64,000 bases of DNA from an uncultured Actinomycetota bacterium. GTDB taxonomy: Bacteria; Actinomycetota; Actinomycetes; JAHEKZ01. Positions 50,233-59,603 of the stretch are shown here, piece after piece. The notes beneath the pieces are model-generated. The model made no database searches, was not told where the DNA came from, and saw nothing but the letters and a program-made list of their open reading frames with translations. A program made the position numbers and the translations under genes. Every line of letters starts with the position of its first letter. Positions within the stretch are counted from its first letter, which is position 1. Location: NCBI GenBank assembly GCA_963829525.1, contig CAWHIJ010000003.1, forward strand, positions 2,368,001-2,432,000, given 5' to 3'.

Positions 50233-51706
50233 CTACTGCATGGCCGGACGGTTCATCCAGGTCTGGTGCATGCGTCGACTGCGGCGCCGCGCTGTTCGTC
50301 GGTGTCGGTGTCGGTGTCGGTTCACTCTCAACTCGGTGTCTCGGGTTATTCGCGGAGTGGTGGTCGGGTCGGTGGCAGTGGGTATCTGGTCGGGGTCGGT
50401 GTAGTGCCAGGGCTGGGTGTGAAACTTCCGGCCGGTGGGGGTGGTCCAGGTCATGATCGCCGGTGGGGTCGAGTTCGGCGTTCCATCCGGGGGTGTGTTT
50501 GAGGCGGTGGTGCCGCCGGCACAGGACAGCAAGGTTGGCAGCTGCGGTGGGGCCTTGCGGCCAGGGCACGGTGTGGTCGAGGTCGGTGCCGGCGCTGTCG
50601 GCGGAGCGGCGGCAGCCGGGGAACCGGCAGGTCACATCCCGGGCGCGGACGGCCCGGTCCAGCCCTGCTGACGGCCGGTAACGCTTCTCGGCTAGGTCGG
50701 TCAGGATCCCGGTGGTCGGGTCGGTCAGCAACCGCCGCGACCGTGACATGGGTTCCCATCTCAGAGCCGGTGCCGGACCCAGTGCCAGAACCCGGTGCCA
50801 TCACGTCCGGTGAGCTCGTCGACTTCGGTGGCGGTGACCGGTCCCAGTCCGGGAACCCAGCCGGGTTGGTCGCTGTCTCCGGTGATCGTGTCGGCGGGCA
50901 CGATCACCTGCAGGTTCACCGCCGGTGGCTGGGTGCGTCCGAGGAGCAGGTCGACCAGGGTGTCGGCGCGGCGTTGGTCCATGGTCCGGGCATCACCGGT
51001 GTCGCTGCCGCCTAGTTGCTGCGCGCAGCTGGTCAGGGTTTGTCTGGATCTGCCGGGCCTGCACCCCCGGCAGCAGCGCCCACAGCTCGCTCATGCCGTC
51101 CTCGCCGGGGGTGATGACCACCCGGCGGTCGGCTACAGCGCGTTGCCGGCGTTCCTCGGCCGCCCCGGGGTCCGCGGCGATCACCTTCCGGCGCAGCCAC
51201 TGCCGCAGCTGCGGCGCGGTCCGGGACCTGCCGGGCTCGGTGGCGTACCCGACCGCGTCAGTGGCCACGGACTGCGCGGTGGCTCGGTCCAAGACCGCGA
51301 CCTGCTCGGCGATCACCGCGACCTTGCGGGCATCGACCCGGCCGGCCCGCCACGCCGCAGCGACCACCGGCAGGTCGGCGACCCGGCACGCGGTGTCATA
51401 CCGGGCCACAGCGGCCATCTTCGTCCACCCCAGCAGCACCCCGATCTCATCGGGAACATACGTTTCGCGGCACTGCTGCGACCACATCGGCTCACCACCG
51501 GCGACCACTTCAGCCTGGTCAGCGGCCCGCGCCCGGACCCCCATCTGCACCATGATCTGCGCTTGGCGAGCGGCCAACATCTGCGCTGCCTGCTCACACG
51601 CCACCAGCTCGTCGCGAAGCGCATCATCACCGAGCCGCGCGACCGGTATCGCAGCATCAAGCAGGCCATCAACCTGCTCGACGATGCTGACCGTGGACGA
51701 GTTCAT
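50233..51706 (-). CDS. DUF222 + HNH endonuclease (13E12-repeat type), multiply frameshifted
   Basis: DQRRADTL; RDVTCRFPGC..DLDHTVPW..NLAVLCRRHHRLKH; WTTPTG. Pieces lie in several frames. Confidence 0.85.
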
Positions 51707-51713
51707 GCACGAC

Positions 51714-51735
51714 ACTCTGCCAGCCACCACCGACA
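51714..51735 (-). promoter_or_regulatory. Near-consensus PafBC/RecA-NDp promoter of the HNH gene
   Basis: TGTCGG-tggtggctgg-CA-gag-T, 7 nt before the ATG at 51706 (one mismatch). Confidence 0.65.
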
Positions 51736-52071
51736 AGACGGCGCGAGTTTCCCCAGGCACAGCCTGCCGAAACTCCATCGACCACACGTCGCACTCGACA
51801 TCCCAAATCCGGCACCCAAAGGGACACTCGACGAGCAGCGACGTCAACCGGCTGTGCACTCGACGAGCAGTGGTCGGGGGTCAGGCTTGACGGTGCATGA
51901 GGCCGACATGTTGATCGGCCATGCGGGGGAATCGCATTCGCAGCCGGGTGACACGTTGCTTGCGTCACACCCGTTCGGTGCAGCAAGCGCGTCAACGCAT
52001 TCACCGAACCACTAGATGTGAACGTCAAAGGGGACGCACTGGCAGGCTCGACCAAGGGGGGAGCAAACGAC

Positions 52072-52224
52072 ATGGTGATGACGCTGCTCTCAGATCACGT
52101 ACCGCTTTCACTCCTGCACGACCTGTGGAGTCCGTACGGCCCAGAGTCCTGGGAGATCTTCGCTGTCGAGGCCGGCTGGCTCGACCCACGCAGCCTCGAT
52201 CGAGTCGAGCTGACGAGCGCCTGA
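52072..52224 (+). CDS. Microprotein (50 aa), paralog A
   Basis: Strong RBS aaggggggag; motif LLSDHVPLSLLHDLWSPYGPESWEIF shared with 57304-57507. Confidence 0.75.
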   Translation: MVMTLLSDHVPLSLLHDLWSPYGPESWEIFAVEAGWLDPRSLDRVELTSA

Positions 52225-52299
52225 GGGCGATTTCGGGGGACGCCAATCCCGCTGCTAGAGTTCCCTCTGCTCCTGGGGTGCTGACGCCGCTGGAGCATC

Positions 52300-52372
52300 G
52301 CGCCGCTAGCTCAACTGGCAGAGCAGCGGACTCTTAATCCGCGGGTTCGGGGTTCGAGTCCCTGGCGGCGCA
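52300..52372 (+). tRNA. tRNA-Lys(CTT)
   Basis: GCGCCGC/GCGGCGC acceptor stem; gcgga-ctCTTaa-tccgc anticodon arm; gttcgag T loop. Confidence 0.95.
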
Positions 52373-52380
52373 CCCGTTCT

Positions 52381-52546
52381 TGTGTTACTCCGGCTGATAG
52401 GTGACGTTTGGTCTTCGGTTGATCCCGGACAGTGTTTCGGTTGATGGGTTACAGCTGTTTCGGTTGAGTGGTGAAATTTCCTGCTCGCTTGAGGCTTGAC
52501 GGTGTCTCAGCTGATTGTTGACACCGTCTCGGTTGATCCTTGACAC
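52381..52546 (+). repeat. Array of seven degenerate direct repeats with 22-25 bp period, resembling a transposon end
   Basis: Cores at 52391, 52416, 52438, 52461, 52486, 52508 and 52530; consensus YTCGGYTGAT-N3-4-TGACA; begins with TGT. Confidence 0.75.
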
Positions 52547-52573
52547 CTCGCTGGTTGCTGCTGCCGGCATTGA

Positions 52574-54563
52574 CTACGCAACACCCCCCAGGTCTTCGGC
52601 GAATTGGCTGTTATAGAGGTCTTGGTAGAAGCCGCCTGCCGCCAGAAGGTCAGCGTGCCTGCCACGTTCGATGATCCGCCCTCGGTCCATAACCAAGATC
52701 GTGTCGGCGTGACGCACCGTCGAGAGCCGGTGCGCGATCACGAAACTAGTTCGCCCCGATCGAAGCCTGGCCATCGCTCGCTGGATCAAGACCTCGGTAC
52801 GTGTGTCCACCGAGCTCGTCGCCTCGTCGAGGATGAGTACCGCGGGGTCAGCGAGGAATGCGCGGGCGATCGTCAGGAGCTGCTTCTCCCCTGCAGAGAC
52901 GTTGGCCGCCTCATCGGCGAGAACGGTGTCGTAGCTGTCCGGAAGCGTCCGGATGAAGTGATCGGCGTGGGCGGCGCGCGCGGCGTCCACAACCTGACCC
53001 TCCGTGGCGCCCTCGGCACCGTAGGCGATGTTGTCGCGGATGGTGCCACCGAAGAGCCAGGTGTCCTGGAGGACCATGCCGAATGTTCGCCGCAGATCGT
53101 TCCGGGTCAGATCGCGGGAGTCGAACCCATCGACCAAGATCCGACCCTTGTCTATCTCGTAGAACCGCATCAGCAGGTTCACCAATGTCGTCTTTCCGGC
53201 ACCGGTCGGACCCACAATGGCTATCGACTGCCCAGGGGCGACCTCCAGTTCCAGGTCCTCGATCAGCGGCTCATCCGCCTCATACCGAAAGGACACCTTC
53301 TCGAAGGTGATGCGGCCACGAGGGGATGTGAGCCTCGTCGGATGGGCTGGGTCGGGGAGTTCCTCGGCCTCGTCGAGCAGCTCGAAGACCCGTTCTGCCG
53401 AGGCGATCCCGGACTGCAGGAGGTTCATCACACTCGCGATCTGGGTGATCGGCATGGTGAACTGGCGTGAGTACTGGATGAAGGCCTGGACGTCGCCCAG
53501 CGACATCGCACCGGTCGCCACACGCAGTCCGCCGACGACTGCGATGGCGACGTAGTTCAGGTTGGCGATGAACATCATCGCCGGCTGGATGATGCCTGAT
53601 ATGAACTGAGCCTTGAAGCTGGACTCGTACATCTTGTCGTTCGCGACGTCGAAGTCCTCGACCGCTCGGTCTTGGTGCCCGAATACCTTGACCACGTCAT
53701 GGCCGGTGTACATCTCCTCGACGTGACCGTTCAGTCGTGCCGGTCCATTCCCACTGGGCCACGAACTGTCGCTGTGAGCGGCGGACGATGTACATCGTCA
53801 CGACGAAGGAGAGCGGAACGGTCAGCAGCGAGATCAGGGCGAGCAGCGGGCTGATCCACACCATCATGGCGAGAACACCGATCACAGTCAGTACCGAGGT
53901 GATCAGCTGAGTCAGTGTCTGCTGGAGCGTTGTGGAGATGTTGTCGATGTCGTTGGTCACCCGGCTCAGCACATCGCCTCGTGCGTGCGCGTCGAAATAC
54001 CTCAGCGGGAGCCGCCCAAGCTTCAGGTCCACCTCCTCGCGGAGGCGGAAGACTGTTCTTTGCGTGACACCCGCCATCAGGTAGTTCTGCCCCCAGCTGA
54101 AGAGTGCACTCAGCAGGTAGAGGAAGGACACCAGCACAAGGACATTCGCCAACGCTTGGTAGTCGACGCCCACGCCCGGCGTAACATTCATCGCGGAAAG
54201 CATGTCGGCCTGCAAGTTATCTCCAGATGCTCGGAGCATCTGGACGGCTTGTTCCTGCGTGACGCCCGGTGGGAGCTGCTTACCGACGAATCCGTCGAAG
54301 ATGATGTTGGTCGCGGTGCCTAGCAGCTTCGGACCGAGGATCGCGAGAACGACGCTCACGATGCCGAGGACCAGAACGACGAAGATGACCATCGCATCGG
54401 GACGTAGCCTGCCGGTCAGACGACGCAACGAGCCGGCGAAGTCGCGCGCCTTCTCTGGCGGCAGACTCATGCCCATCCCGCCAGGACCAGCACCGAAGGG
54501 TCCACCCGGACGACGCGGTGGCGCACCGGGACCGGGGGATGCAGAAGCCATGTGGCCGCTCAT
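52574..54563 (-). CDS. ABC exporter, TMD-NBD half 2 (frameshift near 53735)
   Basis: [12 protein letters not shown]; [29 protein letters not shown]. Confidence 0.9.
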
Positions 54564-56293
54564 GCAACTTCGTCCTCAGTGAGCTGTGAGAGGACGATCT
54601 CGCGGTAGGTGGGACAGTCGACCATGAGGTCGGCATGACTCCCGAGTCCGACGACTAATCCTGCGTCCAGGACGACGATCTGGTCGGCATGCATGATCGT
54701 GCTCACCCTCTGGGCGACGATGAGCACCGACGCCTCGCGTGTCTCACCCCTCAGTGCAGTCCTGAGGCGAGCATCCGTAGCGAAGTCGAGCGCCGAGAAG
54801 CTGTCGTCGAAGATGTACACCTGGGGGCGCCGAACCAGAGCTCGGGCGATGGCCAGCCGCTGGCGCTGACCGCCGGACAGGTTGGTGCCACCTTGCTCGA
54901 TGTCGGCGTCAAGCTCTCCGGGCATCGCGGAGACGAACTCCCGAGCCTGCGCGACGTCGAGTGCATGCCACAGCTGGTCCTCGGAGGCATCTTCTCTGCC
55001 GAACCGAAGATTGCTCGCAACGGTTCCGCTGAACAGCATCGACCGCTGGGGGACGAACCCCAACATCGATCTGACGTCGGACTGAAGCCTCGTTCGAACA
55101 TCCAGCCCGTCGATCAGCACTGCGCCCTCTGTCACGTCGTCGAGACGCGGTATGAGGTTGATGAGTGTCGACTTCCCCGATCCGGTGCTGCCGACCACGG
55201 CGGTGGTTCGGCCAGGGGCCAAGGAAAACGACACGTCTCGGAGCACGGGCTCCTCGGCGCCGGGATACCGGTACTCCACGTTCTGGAACTCCACAAGGCC
55301 ACGGGGAGGGCCCTTTGGCACCTGGGGAACAACCGGGTCGGCGATTGCGGTTTCCGTTGCCAGCACCTGTTGAATCCGCTCCGACGATACGGCAGCCCTG
55401 GGCACCATGATCAGCATCATCACGGCCATCAAGACCGACGTCAGGATCAGCATGATGTACGAGATGAAGGCAGTCAGGTTGCCAATCGGCATTTGACCGC
55501 TGCCGACGAGATGCCCACCGAACCAGACAATCGCCACCGTTGAGAGATTCATGATCAGCATGAGCGAAGGCATGGCAAGGGCAAACAGTCGAGTGACGCT
55601 CAGAGCAGTTGCCGTCAGATCCGCATTTGCCTCCGCGAACCGCGCCTCCTCCGACTCGGTGCGCACGAAGGCTCGGATCACCCGAATTCCGGATAGCTTC
55701 TCCCTCAGCACGGCGTTGATGCGGTCGATCTTCAGCTGCATCGATCGAAAGAGTGGGACTGCGCGCTTGACCATGAACCCGACCACTGAGGCCATGAGCG
55801 GGATGATGATCAACAGCAGCGCCGACAGCTCGGCGTTCTCACGCCAAGCCATGATGATTCCCCCAATGGCCATGAGCGGCGCCGAGATCATCATCGTCAG
55901 ACCGAGCAGCACCAACATCTGAACCTGCTGGACGTCGTTGGTGTTGCGGGTGATCAGAGACGGCGCCCCGAAAGCATTGAGCTCACGCAGTGAGAAACGC
56001 TCGACGTTCCGAAAGAGGCTGCCTCGCACGTCACGACCAAGTCCCATCGCCGCTCCTGCGCTCAGGTAGACACCGAGCACCGCACATGCACCGACCAAGA
56101 GTGTGACCACGAGCATGACGGCTCCCACGCGCACGATGTACGCCGCGTCACCCTTGACCACCCCGTTGTTGATGAGGTCGGCGTTCAGGCTAGGGAGGAA
56201 GAGGTTTCCTATCGCCTGAAACAGCAGCAGAAATGTGACGAGCACCAACTGCTTCCGGTAAGGGCGTAAGAACCTCCTCAGCAACGCCGTCAC
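54560..56293 (-). CDS. ABC exporter, TMD-NBD half 1
   Basis: SLITRNTNDV; GSTGSGKS, LSGGQRQ, degenerate FDDSFS and AQR, typical of heterodimeric exporters. Confidence 0.92.
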   Translation of the reverse strand: MTALLRRFLRPYRKQLVLVTFLLLFQAIGNLFLPSLNADLINNGVVKGDAAYIVRVGAVMLVVTLLVGACAVLGVYLSAGAAMGLGRDVRGSLFRNVERFSLRELNAFGAPSLITRNTNDVQQVQMLVLLGLTMMISAPLMAIGGIIMAWRENAELSALLLIIIPLMASVVGFMVKRAVPLFRSMQLKIDRINAVLREKLSGIRVIRAFVRTESEEARFAEANADLTATALSVTRLFALAMPSLMLIMNLSTVAIVWFGGHLVGSGQMPIGNLTAFISYIMLILTSVLMAVMMLIMVPRAAVSSERIQQVLATETAIADPVVPQVPKGPPRGLVEFQNVEYRYPGAEEPVLRDVSFSLAPGRTTAVVGSTGSGKSTLINLIPRLDDVTEGAVLIDGLDVRTRLQSDVRSMLGFVPQRSMLFSGTVASNLRFGREDASEDQLWHALDVAQAREFVSAMPGELDADIEQGGTNLSGGQRQRLAIARALVRRPQVYIFDDSFSALDFATDARLRTALRGETREASVLIVAQRVSTIMHADQIVVLDAGLVVGLGSHADLMVDCPTYREIVLSQLTEDEVA

Positions 56294-56438
56294 TGGAGCA
56301 CCGGGCTCGAGCGCTGCATCACTCCTGGCACCGACAACACATTCCCAGAGCCTATGCGAGTTGCGTAGGCTCGTCGTCCAGATGACGCGGGGTGCCGCAA
56401 CCACGCTCTTCCTCCGAGCATCTGGCTACGCTGCCCGT

Positions 56439-57254
56439 GTGACCGACCTCGGGGATGCCGTCGACAGCGCCATCCGAGCAGCTGCGGACCATGCCGTCGT
56501 CCCGCGCTTTCGCACTCTCCAAGCCCACGCCATCACCGAGAAGTCGCCCGGCGACTGGGTCACCGACGCTGACCACGAATGTGAAGACCTGCTCACCACG
56601 GCGCTGCATGCCATCGAGCCAGGTGTCCCCGTCGTTGGCGAGGAGGCCGTCGCGTCTGAGCCCTCGCTGCTCACCGTCGCCCACGGTCACAATCGAGTAT
56701 GGCTAGTCGACCCGGTCGACGGCACCAAGGCGTTCATCGACGGCAGCCCCGACTTCGCCACCATGGTGGCGCTCGTCGAGGGGGGCATCACCACCGCCTC
56801 CTGGATCTGGCAGCCCATCCACGGACAGATGTTCTCCGCGTGGAGGGGGGAGGGCGCCAACTGCGATGGGGAAGAACTGCGCGCGCCAGGCGATCCCGGG
56901 CCACGCGTGCATTGGCAAGGTCTGCTGCGTACCCATGCCATGCCAGCGGTCCTACGCGCCGCATCGAACGCCAGCCTGGCGCGGGCTGGTCTGCAGCACA
57001 CGCAGGTCGCTGCGGCGGGCATCACCTATCCCAAGACCACCACTGGAGAGTTCGCATACGCCCTTTACTGGCGGACGCTGCCCTGGGACCACGCCCCCGG
57101 GGCGCTCCTCGCAGAAGAGGCCGGGCTCACCGTCCGGCGCCTCGACGGGACGCGGTACCGCCCGTTCGACGGGGGGCTAGGGGTGCTGACGGCCGCCACG
57201 CAGGAGGTCTGGGCAACGGTGCGCGGGGCCCTCCCGGAGGTTCTCGAGAACTAG
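56439..57254 (+). CDS. Inositol monophosphatase family protein
   Basis: VTDAD, GEE, WLVDPVDGT, PWDHAPG; TACGCT 6 nt before the GTG. Confidence 0.9.
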   Translation: MTDLGDAVDSAIRAAADHAVVPRFRTLQAHAITEKSPGDWVTDADHECEDLLTTALHAIEPGVPVVGEEAVASEPSLLTVAHGHNRVWLVDPVDGTKAFIDGSPDFATMVALVEGGITTASWIWQPIHGQMFSAWRGEGANCDGEELRAPGDPGPRVHWQGLLRTHAMPAVLRAASNASLARAGLQHTQVAAAGITYPKTTTGEFAYALYWRTLPWDHAPGALLAEEAGLTVRRLDGTRYRPFDGGLGVLTAATQEVWATVRGALPEVLEN

Positions 57255-57266
57255 CCTGACGCAAGG

Positions 57267-57293
57267 CTCAAGTTCTGATCGAGGGTTGCCGAA
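57267..57293 (+). promoter_or_regulatory. Putative sigma28/WhiG-like promoter
   Basis: CTCAAG-N15-GCCGAA, 10 nt upstream of the GTG at 57304. Confidence 0.6.
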
Positions 57294-57303
57294 CTACATC
57301 ATT

Positions 57304-57507
57304 GTGATTACCTCTCCAGGGACTGCGCGAGCCTGGTCGCTGCTGCGCGCCGGCGTCCCCCTCAGCCTGTTGTGCGACCTCGCCGAGCCAGGCGGTCCGC
57401 CGTCCCGCGAGATCTACACCGCCGAGGTGGTGGCCGACGATGTCGACCGCGCCCACCCGCCCGGCCGATTGATCGAGCTGGCGGAGGTTTCGATCTTCTC
57501 GGCATGA
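57304..57507 (+). CDS. Microprotein (about 67 aa), paralog B
   Basis: LLRAGVPLSLLCDLAEPGGPPSREIY; ATGA overlap with the next gene. Confidence 0.72.
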   Translation: MITSPGTARAWSLLRAGVPLSLLCDLAEPGGPPSREIYTAEVVADDVDRAHPPGRLIELAEVSIFSA

Positions 57508-58526
57508 GCCTGCACGAACGCCGAACAACGACCGCCGGCCTGATCGCGGTCGCCTGCGGCCTGGCGCTGATGGGTGCCGTGCCGGCCGCCGGCACGGCCC
57601 TCGTATCCAGTGACGCCAGCACACGAGACGGCGTCGCTGCTGAGGCCCGCGCGGTTGCAGGTTGCTCGGTCTTCCCGAAGAACAACTACTGGAACGCCGA
57701 CATCAGTGAGCTGCCACAACACCCCCGAAGCGATGCATGGCTCCGGCACATGACCCCGCGCACGAAGCTGCACCCCGACTTCGGACGCGCCTTCGGCGCG
57801 CAGCCGGTGCCCTACGGGATCCCGGTCACCGTCGTCGGCGGTGGGCACCGCCGCGTCCATGTGGGGTTCACCTACGACCGAGAGAGCGACAAGGTGCGCT
57901 ACCCGTTCGGCAGCGACACCAAGATCGAAGGTGGCCGCAAGTCCGACGGCGACCGGCACGCGATCGTCGTCGACAAGTCGCGTTGCCGGCTCTACGAGAC
58001 GTGGAACACCCGCAACCGCGACGGACGGTGGCGGGCAGGATCCGGCGCAGTGTGGAACCTGGACTCCAATGCACTGCGGCACGATGGATGGACGTCGGCA
58101 GACGCTGCCGGACTTCCGATCCTCCCCGGACTGCTGCGCTGGAGCGAGGTACGCAAGGGCAAGGTCGACCACGCCATCCGCTTCACCACCGATATCACCG
58201 ACCGGCGCTACGTCTGGCCGGCCCGGCACCAGGCCGGTTCAGTCAACAACCGCAACTACCCGCCGATGGGCGCCCGGTTCCGACTCAAGGCCGCGTTTGA
58301 CATCTCGCAGTACAGCGCGCGCACCCGCGTCGTGCTGCGCGCCATGCAGCACTACGGGCTCGTGCTCGCCGACAACGGCTCGCCCTGGTACTTCCAAGGT
58401 GCGGCCAGCTCGAAGTGGCCGAACGAGCTGATCTCTGAGCTCAAAGAGGTCCCGGCGCGAGCCTTCGTCGCGGTCGACACCTCGTCGATGATGGTCGACC
58501 CGAATAGCGCCCGCGTCCACCCCTGA
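57504..58526 (+). CDS. Secreted hypothetical protein
   Basis: Signal peptide; globular region with FPKNNYWN, LHPDFG, DGDRH, SADAAGLP, DHAIRFT, YGLVLADNG. Confidence 0.75.
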   Translation: MSLHERRTTTAGLIAVACGLALMGAVPAAGTALVSSDASTRDGVAAEARAVAGCSVFPKNNYWNADISELPQHPRSDAWLRHMTPRTKLHPDFGRAFGAQPVPYGIPVTVVGGGHRRVHVGFTYDRESDKVRYPFGSDTKIEGGRKSDGDRHAIVVDKSRCRLYETWNTRNRDGRWRAGSGAVWNLDSNALRHDGWTSADAAGLPILPGLLRWSEVRKGKVDHAIRFTTDITDRRYVWPARHQAGSVNNRNYPPMGARFRLKAAFDISQYSARTRVVLRAMQHYGLVLADNGSPWYFQGAASSKWPNELISELKEVPARAFVAVDTSSMMVDPNSARVHP

Positions 58527-58592
58527 CTCCAAGAAGGACGCGCATTCACCGCGCTCCTGCGCAACTAACTCTCCGTTCATCCCGGGAACTGG

Positions 58593-59219
58593 CTACGCGT
58601 CGCGCACGGTGCGCACGCCGAGCAGGCCGGCGAACCCCAGCAGCCCCACGCCAGCGGTGACGTCGATGCCCAACAGCGCGCGACGCCCGAGCCGACCCCC
58701 AAGACGTGACGCCACCAGCGCAAGGAGGACGAACCACGCGGCGCTGCCGACCATCACACCCGCCAGCAGCGACACCGCTGCCGTGGTTGAAGTGAGCAGG
58801 GAAGCGGTCGCCGCTGCGCCGAAGATGGCCGCCCAGGAGAGGATCGTCAGTGGGTTGGATGCTGTGGCGACCAATCCGGTGCGGTAGGACGCCACCCCGC
58901 TCAGCACCTCGACCGCAGCCTCTCCCCCGAGCCGGATCCGCCAAGCGTCCCGCAGAGTTCGCACGCCCATCCAGGCGAGCACGCCCGCACCAGCAACACC
59001 CACTGCGAGGCGGACGGGCTCGAGCTGGATCAAGGCAGCTGCCCCCAGAACACCGAGCGCCGCGTACACGACGTCCACCGTCGCCGCACCGGCACCGATG
59101 GCAGCAGCAGGACCGAAACCGTTCCGCGTTGCGGTGCGAATGCAGAGCAGCGAGACCGGTCCGACCTGCGCGGCGACAAATGCGCCGAGCATGACGCCGA
59201 CGACCAAGGCTTTCAGCAC
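58593..59219 (-). CDS. LysE family translocator
   Basis: AQVGPVSLLC, GAATVD, ASNPLTILSW; six TM segments. Confidence 0.85.
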   Translation of the reverse strand: MLKALVVGVMLGAFVAAQVGPVSLLCIRTATRNGFGPAAAIGAGAATVDVVYAALGVLGAAALIQLEPVRLAVGVAGAGVLAWMGVRTLRDAWRIRLGGEAAVEVLSGVASYRTGLVATASNPLTILSWAAIFGAAATASLLTSTTAAVSLLAGVMVGSAAWFVLLALVASRLGGRLGRRALLGIDVTAGVGLLGFAGLLGVRTVRDA

Positions 59220-59279
59220 ATACCGAGCATGGCAGGCGGGCTCCAATGCACGCATCCCAGTATCTGTCGGGCGCCCCCG

Positions 59280-59603
59280 TCAGAGGTAGAGGCCGGTGCT
59301 GTTCTCGACCCGAGCGGCAGCGACCGCGTGAATGTCTCGTTCCCGGAGGAGCACGAGGGTCTCGCCCTTGAGCTCGACCTCGCCGCGGTCCTCTGGCTCG
59401 AAGAGGACCCGATCGGCCAGCTGTACGGTGCGCACATTGGGGCCGACCCCGACGACCTCGGCCCAAACGAGTCGCTTGCCCACCTGAGCGGTTGCCGGGA
59501 TGACGATCCCGCCGGTTGAACGGCGCTCGCCGTTGGGACCGTCCTCCTTGACCAAGACGCGGTCGTGCAGCAGTTGGATCGGCAGCGCGTCAGCAGCCCC
59601 CAT
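59280..59603 (-). CDS. groES: Co-chaperonin GroES-like protein (no adjacent groEL)
   Basis: LLHDRVLV, STGGIVIPATA, VVGVGP, LLRERDIHAV. Confidence 0.88.
   Translation of the reverse strand: MGAADALPIQLLHDRVLVKEDGPNGERRSTGGIVIPATAQVGKRLVWAEVVGVGPNVRTVQLADRVLFEPEDRGEVELKGETLVLLRERDIHAVAAARVENSTGLYL

Noticed and set aside
50298-50321. (gtcggt)n hexamer run
   Set aside because: Simple repeat in the low-complexity tail of the HNH gene.
52381-52546. CRISPR array
   Set aside because: The period is only 22-25 bp, the repeats are degenerate, there are no spacer-length unique segments, and no cas genes are present.
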